From: a virus
Lineage: Duplodnaviria; Heunggongvirae; Uroviricota; Caudoviricetes
DNA: 64,000 nucleotides
IMG/VR virus record: IMGVR_UViG_3300045988_146577
Direction: 5' to 3' (one strand)
In this document: positions 29,841-38,592 of the stretch, piece after piece
Layout: each line of letters opens with the position of its first letter
How positions within the stretch are numbered: position 1 is the first letter of the stretch
Notes under the pieces: generated by a model
Seen by the model: the letters and a program-made list of their open reading frames with translations, nothing else
What the model was told of the DNA's origin: nothing
Database searches by the model: none
Translations under genes and position numbers: made by a program

Positions 29841-30716
29841 TTAAATTTTTACATTGGTCAGTGCAGCGATAGCCTTATCATGCTTATTCGCCAGAGAGCA
29901 GTACCACTTCACACGGGTACGTACTGCGTCTTTGTTCTGTACAGTGCCAATGTTTTCAACAACGATACCTGCGTTGTCGCCGCCATACAGACCAGTAACG
30001 CCGTTCTCTTCTGACAGGTGCAGGCAGTAGATGCTTGCTTTGCCAGAATCGGTCGGGATGAAGTCGTTGATGATGAACGGAACGCCGTTATGACACAGCA
30101 TCGGACGACCGAAGTTCTCCATCATGATTTCAGACGGGCCTACGTTTACTGTACGCAGCAGCGCACGGTAAGCACGCAGGTGCTCTGAACGCATCATGAT
30201 GCAGTCAGCACCAAGATCTTTCACCGCATCGACCAGTTCGTCGAACATAGAGAAAGTCATAGATGCACCGGCGATATCGATCTTCTGATCTGCGTGCATC
30301 AGGCGTGGAATGCCGTCAAACGCCTTGTTGTTGGAGCTGGAGTCACCCAAAATCAGGTTGCGACGGAACGCACGAGCCAGACCTTTAACTTTCTGACGAA
30401 CCTGAATAGCCAACTGGTTGTTGGTGTCGGCCATAGTGGTCGCCAGGAATTTATCAACGTCTACGTCACCAGCCAGAATACGCAGTTTCGCAACGCATTC
30501 TTCGAAGGTTGCTGCACCTTCAGGGATGGTGTCGTTAACGTCGATGAAGGTAGCTTCACTCAGCGTTTTTTCACGGTTGTACAGATATGCCTTTGAATTA
30601 ATTTTCATAAAAGGCAGGATGGCAAACAGGTCATCGCGATCGATGATGGTTTCAATCACGCCCTGTTCAAGTTCGTTGTTAGACAGCTTTTCAGCTTCTT
30701 CACGCAGTAATGGCAT
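29841..30716 (-). CDS. major capsid protein
   Basis: 291 aa, position after scaffold, followed by strong terminator hairpin. Confidence 0.65.
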   Translation of the reverse strand: MPLLREEAEKLSNNELEQGVIETIIDRDDLFAILPFMKINSKAYLYNREKTLSEATFIDVNDTIPEGAATFEECVAKLRILAGDVDVDKFLATTMADTNNQLAIQVRQKVKGLARAFRRNLILGDSSSNNKAFDGIPRLMHADQKIDIAGASMTFSMFDELVDAVKDLGADCIMMRSEHLRAYRALLRTVNVGPSEIMMENFGRPMLCHNGVPFIINDFIPTDSGKASIYCLHLSEENGVTGLYGGDNAGIVVENIGTVQNKDAVRTRVKWYCSLANKHDKAIAALTNVKI

Positions 30717-30741
30717 CTATCAATTCCCTTTGATTTAGATG

Positions 30742-31629
30742 TTACTTAAGTCCAATTTTCCCCAGACCGGAGGCCAACTTATCCATAGTCGACTTGTTCT
30801 TCGGTTGGGATATTGTGTAGGTCGATTTGGAATGTGAGCCTACACCCTGCTTGGCTTCGCTACGCATCAATGCGTCAGCTTCCGGATCTGCCCGCACAAT
30901 GCGTTCAATCGCGGATTCAAACGGCAACGGCTTACCTTCACCGTCAACCAGAACAGCTCGTTCTTTATGACCTGCCGGTTTGTCATAACCCACTACGCTA
31001 CCGTCTTCACCCACTTCAAAATGAGAACCGTAGATCACGCGGGCTTTTGCCGGAGTCATCAGAACTTTGTCACGTAGGAAGAGAGAGTTACTGAAGGAAG
31101 CGCCCACGGTCATCTCGACTAATTGAGATTTCAGTGATGCGTTTTCACTTTCCAGTGCTGCATAACGTTCGTCACGCTGTGCCAGCTCTGCCTGGTGTGC
31201 TTCGATCATCTGTTTTTTAACAGCATCGAACTCACCACGACGCTCCAGTTCAGCTTGCTCCGCCTCACGACGTGCGTTTTCTGCGGCCTGTTCAGCTTCT
31301 AAAAGCTGGCGAGCACGCGCCGGGTCGATATCACCGTACTGAGCAAGCTGATCGGCCAATGTGCGCTCTTTCTCTTTGCGCTTCATGTTCTCTTTCAGCA
31401 GTTCAGCACCAGCTTTCTTGGTTTTGCGAAGTTCGGCCAGTAACTCTTCATGAGTCATGCCAGCGTATTCGTCATCACCCTTCGGCTGCTCTTTTTGTTC
31501 ACCCTGTTTGTCAGGATCTTGTGTACTCTGCTCATTATCAGCAGCTACACCGCCAGCGCCTCCACGCTCATGCGCTTCAGCAACACCCATCAGACCACGA
31601 CGGGCCAAAAGCATTTGCCACAGTTGCAT
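30742..31629 (-). CDS. head scaffolding protein
   Basis: Coiled-coil, Glu/Ala/Arg-rich central segment; between portal and capsid. Confidence 0.55.
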   Translation of the reverse strand: MQLWQMLLARRGLMGVAEAHERGGAGGVAADNEQSTQDPDKQGEQKEQPKGDDEYAGMTHEELLAELRKTKKAGAELLKENMKRKEKERTLADQLAQYGDIDPARARQLLEAEQAAENARREAEQAELERRGEFDAVKKQMIEAHQAELAQRDERYAALESENASLKSQLVEMTVGASFSNSLFLRDKVLMTPAKARVIYGSHFEVGEDGSVVGYDKPAGHKERAVLVDGEGKPLPFESAIERIVRADPEADALMRSEAKQGVGSHSKSTYTISQPKNKSTMDKLASGLGKIGLK

Positions 31630-31650
31630 AAAAATTCCCTTTGTTACTTA

Positions 31651-33225
31651 TCACTCGTTCTCTTGAGTAGATGAGTCCCCATTCCCTCGGGGTTGATCTT
31701 GCCCGCTTTCTTGGGCTGCGCCTTGATCATAAGTAAGTACTGACTTATTTTCAAGAGTATTTAGATCATTTTTTGGCGGAAAATTCAAGAGATCTTTATC
31801 AAATTCCTTCTTCATCGCCTCAGTGATGTTCGGGAAAATCTTCTCAATCAGCATTTCCATCTGGTGACGACGTACAGAGTCCGGTGCCTGAAGTAACGAC
31901 AGTTTCTCGGCAACAGAAAATTCATCAGTAAGGCCACGAATATCGAAACTTTCTGGATACGCAATTAATGAGTGGTCTTCGTCCAGATCTACCCCCATCC
32001 ATTTCGCAACCAGTAGCATGATTTGGCGTTCAGCCCTTTCCAGACGCTCTGCTTTTGTGACAAGCAAGCTATTTACACGCTGGAAGTCATACATTTTTGC
32101 GGCACCAGATGAGTTATCGATTCCCTGTGCGTTGTCCTGCTTCGTTCGCTCACCAGCTACACCAACTGAATGGTAGATTTCGTTAATCACCGTCTTAATC
32201 GTAGTGATGATCATCTGAGCTTGTTTCGGGTCTGGTGACAGATAAAACGGCTGGTTTCCACCTTCAGAATCGTAGGTGAAGACTCGCTTTGTGCCCATTT
32301 CAAGCACTTTAGTGTGGTTTTCATCACCAGGTAAAAGCGACTGTACCGGTATAGCCAACTGGCTAAATGTCTGATCCTGAATAATGGCATCAAGGTTTGA
32401 CAGATAGTTTGCAACCGCACGATCAAGATAAGCGATATCATCGATCAACGATGGGCTGAAATACGGTGATTCACTTTCTCCAATACAATCAACAGGAAAC
32501 ACAGGAACTACGCCGAGATTATGCTCACCGCTATCCTCTAAAATAACTTTTGCCTGACGGCGACCTGCTCCACCAGCGCCCTTCTTCACTTCCTCACGGA
32601 ACAGATACCACTCGTTTTGTGTCCACAGACGATAACGTTGGTATTCCTGACCTGTAGAAGTAAAAGGATCTGCGTCATCACGAGCGACTTCCACAATTAA
32701 CGCCCACAACATATTCCCGTCGTCGTCCCATGCCACATCCAGCATTTGCTGAGGTGAAATCCAGTAGGCGTAGGCGCGAGCATCTTTCTTTTTCTCGTCA
32801 GCTACTGACTCAACATCACCACTCATCGTGCTATCGACAACAACCCATATGCGACCGTAAATAGACGACTGCAAATCAATAGCGGCCATAAATGAGTCAA
32901 TAGAGGCATTCTGGCGAGTCGCACGTTTCCAGAAATTGCGGATCTGCTCTGGTGCCTCTTCGATATTTCTATGAATGTCTTCTTTAAAGAGATATTTGTT
33001 GATGAGGTTTACCACCTCACGAGTGTGGTTGAAGCGATAAGCACGCTCAACTCGCTCCTTAAACTCCTGATCTCCCTCTTTAAAGTAACGAAAGATATTG
33101 TCTGTAAACCAACCACGCCCGCCAGCGTAAGTGCTGGCGAGGAAGTCCCAATGTTCTTTTTTCTTTTCGTATTCCGGGTGGCGTCGCGCCACCAGATCCT
33201 TAATTTGTTTGTCGTTCAATTCCAT
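31651..33225 (-). CDS. portal protein
   Basis: 524 aa immediately downstream of large terminase; acidic C-terminus. Confidence 0.75.
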   Translation of the reverse strand: MELNDKQIKDLVARRHPEYEKKKEHWDFLASTYAGGRGWFTDNIFRYFKEGDQEFKERVERAYRFNHTREVVNLINKYLFKEDIHRNIEEAPEQIRNFWKRATRQNASIDSFMAAIDLQSSIYGRIWVVVDSTMSGDVESVADEKKKDARAYAYWISPQQMLDVAWDDDGNMLWALIVEVARDDADPFTSTGQEYQRYRLWTQNEWYLFREEVKKGAGGAGRRQAKVILEDSGEHNLGVVPVFPVDCIGESESPYFSPSLIDDIAYLDRAVANYLSNLDAIIQDQTFSQLAIPVQSLLPGDENHTKVLEMGTKRVFTYDSEGGNQPFYLSPDPKQAQMIITTIKTVINEIYHSVGVAGERTKQDNAQGIDNSSGAAKMYDFQRVNSLLVTKAERLERAERQIMLLVAKWMGVDLDEDHSLIAYPESFDIRGLTDEFSVAEKLSLLQAPDSVRRHQMEMLIEKIFPNITEAMKKEFDKDLLNFPPKNDLNTLENKSVLTYDQGAAQESGQDQPRGNGDSSTQENE

Positions 33226-33236
33226 TTGAATAACCT

Positions 33237-33255
33237 TAGATAATTACTTACCTAT
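33237..33255 (-). promoter_or_regulatory. class-2 palindrome between terL and portal
   Basis: TAGATAATTACTTACCTAT overlapping terL stop, 12 nt from portal start. Confidence 0.45.
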
Positions 33256-34508
33256 CGAGAGCCACCAAGAATAACACGGTTTTTGACTGGATACCTACGA
33301 TGTACTGGATAGCCCAATGCGTCTGCACTATGCTCAATGCCACCTGTCTTATCCATATCTCGTGTTCCAGGCTTGTAGATGACTTTTTCCAGTGAATCAA
33401 TCAAATGCTTGCACTTCGGATCGATATACAGCCGGATATCTCCAGATGCGGTCATCAGCATTCGGTTAACAGCATTAACACGATCCGCAATTGGCGGGTG
33501 CTTTTTCGAATAATCGACACGTAAGAATCCCTTCTCTTTGAATATGTCGACGTCAGACTCCCCGCGAGCATGTTGGCGATAAGCACCTGCCGGATCTGGA
33601 AATACCGTTATCTGTGATTTCCAGCGCCAGAAGCGTCTCTCAAGCTCATCACAAACCTCTGCCGTGTTAGAGGAAAAGAGCACCAATTCATCAATTGCCC
33701 ATAGCTCACCATTTGGCTGAGGTTGCAAAATTACTGAAGACATCGGGTCAATGTTGAAGTCCTGCCCTACCCATATAGGCAACCGAGGGTTGAACTGAAG
33801 CGGTTTTACATGCACGTTACGATCGAACGGGTAGTAAACGCGCCCGGACATGTTCTCAAAGCTCGCCAGGTACTCCTGAGCGAACGATTTCGGGTCCATA
33901 TCGTTCTTAGCAGCTTCAATTTCCGCCGTAGGTACAAACGGAGAATCGGCAGTTACAAACTGCCAGCTCTTCCACTGTCCCTTTCTTTGCAGCTCTACGT
34001 TCTGGCCTATAGTCCACAGTTTGTGAAATTCCGAGAAGCCTTTTGGCGTACCAATGATCAGTGCACCGCCGCGTGTCGATGAAAGAGTAGGTCGTAACAC
34101 CTTGTACCAGGTGTCAGCCTTCATATCCTGAAATTCATCAAGCACTACAAAATGCAACGCTACGCCGCGCAGAGTGTCAGGCTTATCAGCACCTTTGAGG
34201 GCGATCTCCGAACCGTTCTTCAACACGATTGTCATCGTGGTGTCGTTCTTTCTCCTAACCCACTTACGAGGCAGAACTTCCTGTAGATCGTCCCACAAAA
34301 TCTGGCGAGCCATCTGGTAAGTAGGAGCGACATACCAGACCCTTTGCTTTTTTTCCTTTGCCGCCGCACGAATAATAGTGGAGATCGACAACCGGGATTT
34401 TCCCCAGCGTCGACCAGCACAAACAACTTTAAATCGATGCGGAGACTGGAAGACTTTCATCTGTCCAGAATGCAGTTGCACAAGACTGAGCGAGGACGGG
34501 ATTGCCAT
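33252..34508 (-). CDS. terminase large subunit
   Basis: Walker A-like GRRWGKS, Walker B-like FVVLDEF, C-terminal nuclease-like acidic residues; 418 aa. Confidence 0.85.
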   Translation of the reverse strand: MAIPSSLSLVQLHSGQMKVFQSPHRFKVVCAGRRWGKSRLSISTIIRAAAKEKKQRVWYVAPTYQMARQILWDDLQEVLPRKWVRRKNDTTMTIVLKNGSEIALKGADKPDTLRGVALHFVVLDEFQDMKADTWYKVLRPTLSSTRGGALIIGTPKGFSEFHKLWTIGQNVELQRKGQWKSWQFVTADSPFVPTAEIEAAKNDMDPKSFAQEYLASFENMSGRVYYPFDRNVHVKPLQFNPRLPIWVGQDFNIDPMSSVILQPQPNGELWAIDELVLFSSNTAEVCDELERRFWRWKSQITVFPDPAGAYRQHARGESDVDIFKEKGFLRVDYSKKHPPIADRVNAVNRMLMTASGDIRLYIDPKCKHLIDSLEKVIYKPGTRDMDKTGGIEHSADALGYPVHRRYPVKNRVILGGSR

Positions 34509-35140
34509 TATTCGTCCTCCCCTTCACTTCCATCATCTGTCGCATCAAATTCGCTTAGAGCTTCTTCTTCCAACGTCTCAAGCAATTCGTCATCGATGAT
34601 TTCAGGCTCGTCGTCTTCCTGACGTAATTTCGCCACCTGGGAAGGCGTAAGCTCACCAAATACCAGGTTCGGAATTTCTTCCTCGTCATTTTCCGCATGA
34701 TCCATGCCCAATGCTTTGGACGAAACTTCAAAGCATTTTGCAAGGGTATTACTGGCTCTCTGTAAGCTCTTGAGAGAATCCTCAATCGCCCCTAAAGGCT
34801 TACCCTCACGTTTGGCCGTAGTGACTTCGACCATCACCATCTGCCCCAACGCATACGCCCAGCCGTCATAACGTGTACGACGTTCTTCTATCTTTTCCGC
34901 ACGGGCTTTAGCGCGAAGCTCTGCGTCAGATTTAAGAGACTCACGAACCATCTTCCCAACAGAGTCCGCGCCTTTCTCTAATCCTCGCTTTTTGAAATGT
35001 CTGGAGAGTGTTTCACGACGAATGCCGTACTCTTCCTCCAGCTTTGAGAGTGTATATTCGCCTGACGTCCATTTGGCTTCAGCTTCGGCCCACTCCGCTG
35101 GTGTCAGGCGAGTTTTTACCTCGTCTTTTTCGACCGTCAT
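34508..35140 (-). CDS. terminase small subunit
   Basis: N-terminal HTH (TLSKLEEEYGIRRETLSRHF), acidic C-terminus, stop overlaps terL start. Confidence 0.6.
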   Translation of the reverse strand: MTVEKDEVKTRLTPAEWAEAEAKWTSGEYTLSKLEEEYGIRRETLSRHFKKRGLEKGADSVGKMVRESLKSDAELRAKARAEKIEERRTRYDGWAYALGQMVMVEVTTAKREGKPLGAIEDSLKSLQRASNTLAKCFEVSSKALGMDHAENDEEEIPNLVFGELTPSQVAKLRQEDDEPEIIDDELLETLEEEALSEFDATDDGSEGEDE

Positions 35141-35205
35141 AGATCCCTCTAAAACACACAGAGCGCGTCCATGCGCTCTAAAACAACTTGTTTACTGCAT
35201 CTTCT

Positions 35206-35221
35206 AACCAACTTGTTTTCT
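35206..35221 (-). promoter_or_regulatory. class-1 palindrome upstream of terminase small subunit
   Basis: AACCAACTTGTTTTCT; degenerate second copy at about 35181-35196. Confidence 0.45.
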
Positions 35222-35257
35222 GGGGTGTTTAATTAGGTCTGGGCATGTCTTACTAAG

Positions 35258-35312
35258 CCTGCTTCCGTATATATTTAATAAGTTACTTATTATTTATATA
35301 TACAGATGCAGG
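35258..35312. repeat. 55-bp AT-rich imperfect palindrome (copy 2)
   Basis: Same sequence as 3646-3700 with one substitution; about 120 bp upstream of terminase small subunit. Confidence 0.6.
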
Positions 35313-35336
35313 TCTTTAAATAAGCTCCCAGACCGA

Positions 35337-35603
35337 TTACATCACCAGTAACTTCGCTTTGGCTCGACCTAAAGTGGTTAACCCAAGAGTTCGGCGGTGA
35401 TAGCGATTGTCACTGCGTTGGCGCGTATGCCCTTTCTCCACCAGCCCCTTTTTTATCAGAGCGCGAATTGAGAACTGGATACTTTGCTTGGTTGTCTTGT
35501 ACGGCAAAACTTCAAGCAATTCGTCCAGATCAAGTAGATGACCTCGCTCATAACCGAGATTGAGCGTTTTGATGATGTCCTTTTGTTTATCGGTTAACGT
35601 CAT
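35337..35603 (-). CDS. small winged-helix DNA-binding protein (candidate transcription regulator)
   Basis: 88 aa, basic, helix-turn-helix-like segment; first gene upstream of terminase operon. Confidence 0.45.
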   Translation of the reverse strand: MTLTDKQKDIIKTLNLGYERGHLLDLDELLEVLPYKTTKQSIQFSIRALIKKGLVEKGHTRQRSDNRYHRRTLGLTTLGRAKAKLLVM

Positions 35604-35612
35604 GGCAAATCC

Positions 35613-36503
35613 TTATGCCGGTAAAGCAATTTCTAACGGTTTATCCAAAGGTTGTTTGTCGAATGCCAGCAGTGGCAGCGTGTCAGGCAGTCGACGGCCA
35701 AAGTCAGGGTTTCGGTACACACCATACAACGGAGACGTAAAGCTCAGGTTGTGAATGTCCTTGAGCAGCTTCACAATGCTGGCCTCGTCCACCAGACTGT
35801 CGGCAATGTCCTGAATCGTCGTGCCACGATTCCGCCCAGCTTTTGCCAGGGAACTGTTCTTGTGGTAGTCCGCCACCAGATCACGCAATGCACGGCGACG
35901 ACGAGACTCGCTCATTGCGAACAACTCTTTGACGATCGCCTCGTTATCACCCGGGTCGGAACGGAAATGGCGCTGGAATACACGCAGTGCACTTTCATAG
36001 CTCTTCGGTCGCTCAGGGCGGATGAACTTAAACCCTGCTTTCATGGCGAAGGGATTGTATTTGCTCATCGAGGACTGGATCTCAATGATTGGCCGGTCAT
36101 GCATCCTGCTAACCAGGTTAATCATTCGATAAGAGACGCCTACGCCACGATACTGAGTATCCACAACTGAGCGACTGATCACCGCAAAGTTGTTATTCAC
36201 GTACCGACCCCAGTACTGGTTAGCCACGGTGGTATTAGTGGTTGGTTTCAACTTAGGAAACATGCGGTGGCGAGGTGCCAACAGTAGTTTCGGGTAAGCC
36301 ATAACCACGACGCCCACCAGACGGTCATCAAGTTCGCAGCGATAGTAAGTTGGCGCGAAAGGTTTGCCGTCTGTTTTGTAGTGAAGCGACTTAAGAGCGT
36401 GCCAGTCCTCTACAGTTCCCTTTGTGACAGTCATTCGCTCCAGAAAGTCCAGATGACGCGGAAACTCTTCAGGGCGGTAGCGTTTAATGATGATGTCCGT
36501 CAT
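35613..36503 (-). CDS. hypothetical protein with GNAT-like motif
   Basis: VISRSVVDTQYRGVGVSYRMINLV resembles GNAT motif A; otherwise unassigned. Confidence 0.3.
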   Translation of the reverse strand: MTDIIIKRYRPEEFPRHLDFLERMTVTKGTVEDWHALKSLHYKTDGKPFAPTYYRCELDDRLVGVVVMAYPKLLLAPRHRMFPKLKPTTNTTVANQYWGRYVNNNFAVISRSVVDTQYRGVGVSYRMINLVSRMHDRPIIEIQSSMSKYNPFAMKAGFKFIRPERPKSYESALRVFQRHFRSDPGDNEAIVKELFAMSESRRRRALRDLVADYHKNSSLAKAGRNRGTTIQDIADSLVDEASIVKLLKDIHNLSFTSPLYGVYRNPDFGRRLPDTLPLLAFDKQPLDKPLEIALPA

Positions 36504-37165
36504 AAATGAACCTCATCATGACTACCATTGTGATATTCCACCTTCACGCGTTCTTTGTAGTGCTTGGTGATCTGCATATCCGGGCGCAGCGCGTTCTTCA
36601 GGTCTTCGTGAGTCGTCGCCACCATTACCGTTGCACCAACCTTTCGAGCGGCACGCTGGAGGTTAGATGCCACAACCTGAGCGGTTACACGGTCTAGAAC
36701 AGCACCGAACTCGTCAGCAGCCCACACTTTAGCGCCTGACTCAATCAGTTTGGCAATCTTGAGACGATATTTCTGACCGTCTGACATTTCAGAAGGCTTG
36801 CGAACAAACAGATATGCATCGTTCAGACCAGCCATAGATAACAACCCAAGCGCATCGCTGGTCGTTTTGCCCAACTGATCGATGACGTTAACCTCATTAT
36901 CGAAGGTAAAATCATCGATGGAGGCTACAGACAGCCCTTCATCCTTCATCTGTCGTTGCAACTCGCGCAGCACAACGGATTTGCCGGAACCGGATTGGCC
37001 GGTGATGTACACCACATCGCCCTGCTTCACTTCCAGCTCCAGATTGTCGTAAAGCGTCCACTCTTTTTCGTCCAGGCCAAGCCCGAACGACTCAGCGATT
37101 TCCAACGTGCGAGTGGTTTTATTTACGCGTGTCTGAAACGATACGTTGATGATGTATTTGCTCAT
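36500..37165 (-). CDS. ABC-type ATPase (stand-alone nucleotide-binding domain)
   Basis: Walker A GQSGSGKS, signature-like MSDGQKYRL, Walker B VWAADEFGA, H-loop TTHEDL. Confidence 0.65.
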   Translation of the reverse strand: MSKYIINVSFQTRVNKTTRTLEIAESFGLGLDEKEWTLYDNLELEVKQGDVVYITGQSGSGKSVVLRELQRQMKDEGLSVASIDDFTFDNEVNVIDQLGKTTSDALGLLSMAGLNDAYLFVRKPSEMSDGQKYRLKIAKLIESGAKVWAADEFGAVLDRVTAQVVASNLQRAARKVGATVMVATTHEDLKNALRPDMQITKHYKERVKVEYHNGSHDEVHL

Positions 37166-37863
37166 GCAGCCATCTCCCCGGAAGAGATCTTCTCCGCATA
37201 TGCCACAAATGCGTCTACCCCGCTTTCTCCCGTCATTTCTTCCATGTGGGCAAGCAAATCACCAACAACAATGGCAGAGCCAGCAGGGAGCGTTTTAAAG
37301 CCCAATACGTCGACAACACGTACTTCTTCCGCTGCAACTTCACGACTGATCTCGGTGTGTTCATCCTTCTGTCGTTTAGTTTCTTCGCCAAGATCGATAA
37401 CTAGCGAGTCGGTGTCCATTTCTTCTGTCATGCTGCCAACGAGAACATTCAACTCACGCTCTTCAAAGCCGAAAACCTCGATATCGTCCAGAACAAGCGA
37501 CTCAAGCTCTTTCTGTAGCTTAATTGCATCGTAATCAATGCTGGCAAGTCGGTTATCTTCAAGGCGCTTCGCACGAACCTCGTCATCACTGAGATCATCG
37601 CGAACAATAACCGGTACGCGCTCAAGTCCAGCAAAAATTGCAGCCTCACGGCGGCCGTGGCCAGTAATAATTACGTCGTTCTTATCGACCGTAATTGGCT
37701 GGTCAAATCCGCGCTTTTTAATGGCTGCGGCCAGATCTCGGATCTGCTGTTCATCATGCTTTTTGGCATTCATCTCATAGGGAATAAGATCTGCCGGGTC
37801 GCGATATACGATTTCAAACTTTTTGGTCATTACATACGCTCCTTGTAGTAGTCGACCAGCCAC
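37162..37863 (-). CDS. ParB-like nuclease-domain protein
   Basis: ParB/Srx N-domain motif VIITGHGRREAAIFAGLERVPV; acidic C-terminus. Confidence 0.65.
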   Translation of the reverse strand: MAGRLLQGAYVMTKKFEIVYRDPADLIPYEMNAKKHDEQQIRDLAAAIKKRGFDQPITVDKNDVIITGHGRREAAIFAGLERVPVIVRDDLSDDEVRAKRLEDNRLASIDYDAIKLQKELESLVLDDIEVFGFEERELNVLVGSMTEEMDTDSLVIDLGEETKRQKDEHTEISREVAAEEVRVVDVLGFKTLPAGSAIVVGDLLAHMEEMTGESGVDAFVAYAEKISSGEMAA

Positions 37864-38528
37864 ACCAGAGCCTCACCAGCGTTCTCCATTTCATTACCGG
37901 TGTTAATAGCCTGCTCTTTGATGATGTTTTTTATGGTTTCTGCAACACGATCTGACGCATCGAAAGTTACTTTGAAGCGCATGGTCTGATGTTCCGCACC
38001 CACACGTTCGGTTTTCTCTCGTTTGTCGGTATCGACAGGCTCATCACTACCACGAGACAACGCCTCCAGTGCTTCAAGGTCGATTGCCGCCTCTTTTGCT
38101 AAAACCATCGAGATTTCGTCGTCATACGGGGCGATTTCAGACAGTTGATAGTCAAGTTCTGACTGAATTTCTTCAATGAAGCGTTGCAATGCGATTTGGT
38201 CGTCTTCACCGTATCGCTCGTTGTCCACCAGTGACATCTGTTTAGCTACGACATCGCTAATTTTGCCCACAGAAAGCACCGGAACCGTTGAAATTCCTTG
38301 CTCAATAGCAGCACGCCAGCGATGTTCGCCGCCGAGGATTTCAAAAAATCCATCTTCAAGTTCACGAGCCAAAATTGGCTTAAAAAAGCCCAATTTTTCG
38401 ATAGAACCTTTCAGTTTTTCAAAATTCTGCGCACCAACCGAATTGGTGTTCCAGGTATTCGGGCGAAGGTTGGCAACATCAACCTGCAAAATCGTGATTT
38501 TTACATCCATTTTATTGCTACAATCCAC
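37830..38528 (-). CDS. ParB-like nuclease-domain protein (second paralog)
   Basis: ParB/Srx N-domain motif FEILGGEHRWRAAIEQGISTVPV; GTG start per ORF track. Confidence 0.65.
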   Translation of the reverse strand: MDCSNKMDVKITILQVDVANLRPNTWNTNSVGAQNFEKLKGSIEKLGFFKPILARELEDGFFEILGGEHRWRAAIEQGISTVPVLSVGKISDVVAKQMSLVDNERYGEDDQIALQRFIEEIQSELDYQLSEIAPYDDEISMVLAKEAAIDLEALEALSRGSDEPVDTDKREKTERVGAEHQTMRFKVTFDASDRVAETIKNIIKEQAINTGNEMENAGEALVWLVDYYKERM

Positions 38529-38548
38529 TAAGTAATCACTTACTTATT
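38528..38548. promoter_or_regulatory. class-2 palindrome in divergent region between ParB-like gene and helicase
   Basis: CTAAGTAATCACTTACTTATT adjacent to TATAAT hexamer (38548-38553). Confidence 0.45.
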
Positions 38549-38592
38549 ATAATAGCCAAATAACATACAAAAGGCACTAAGGAAAGAGGTTT

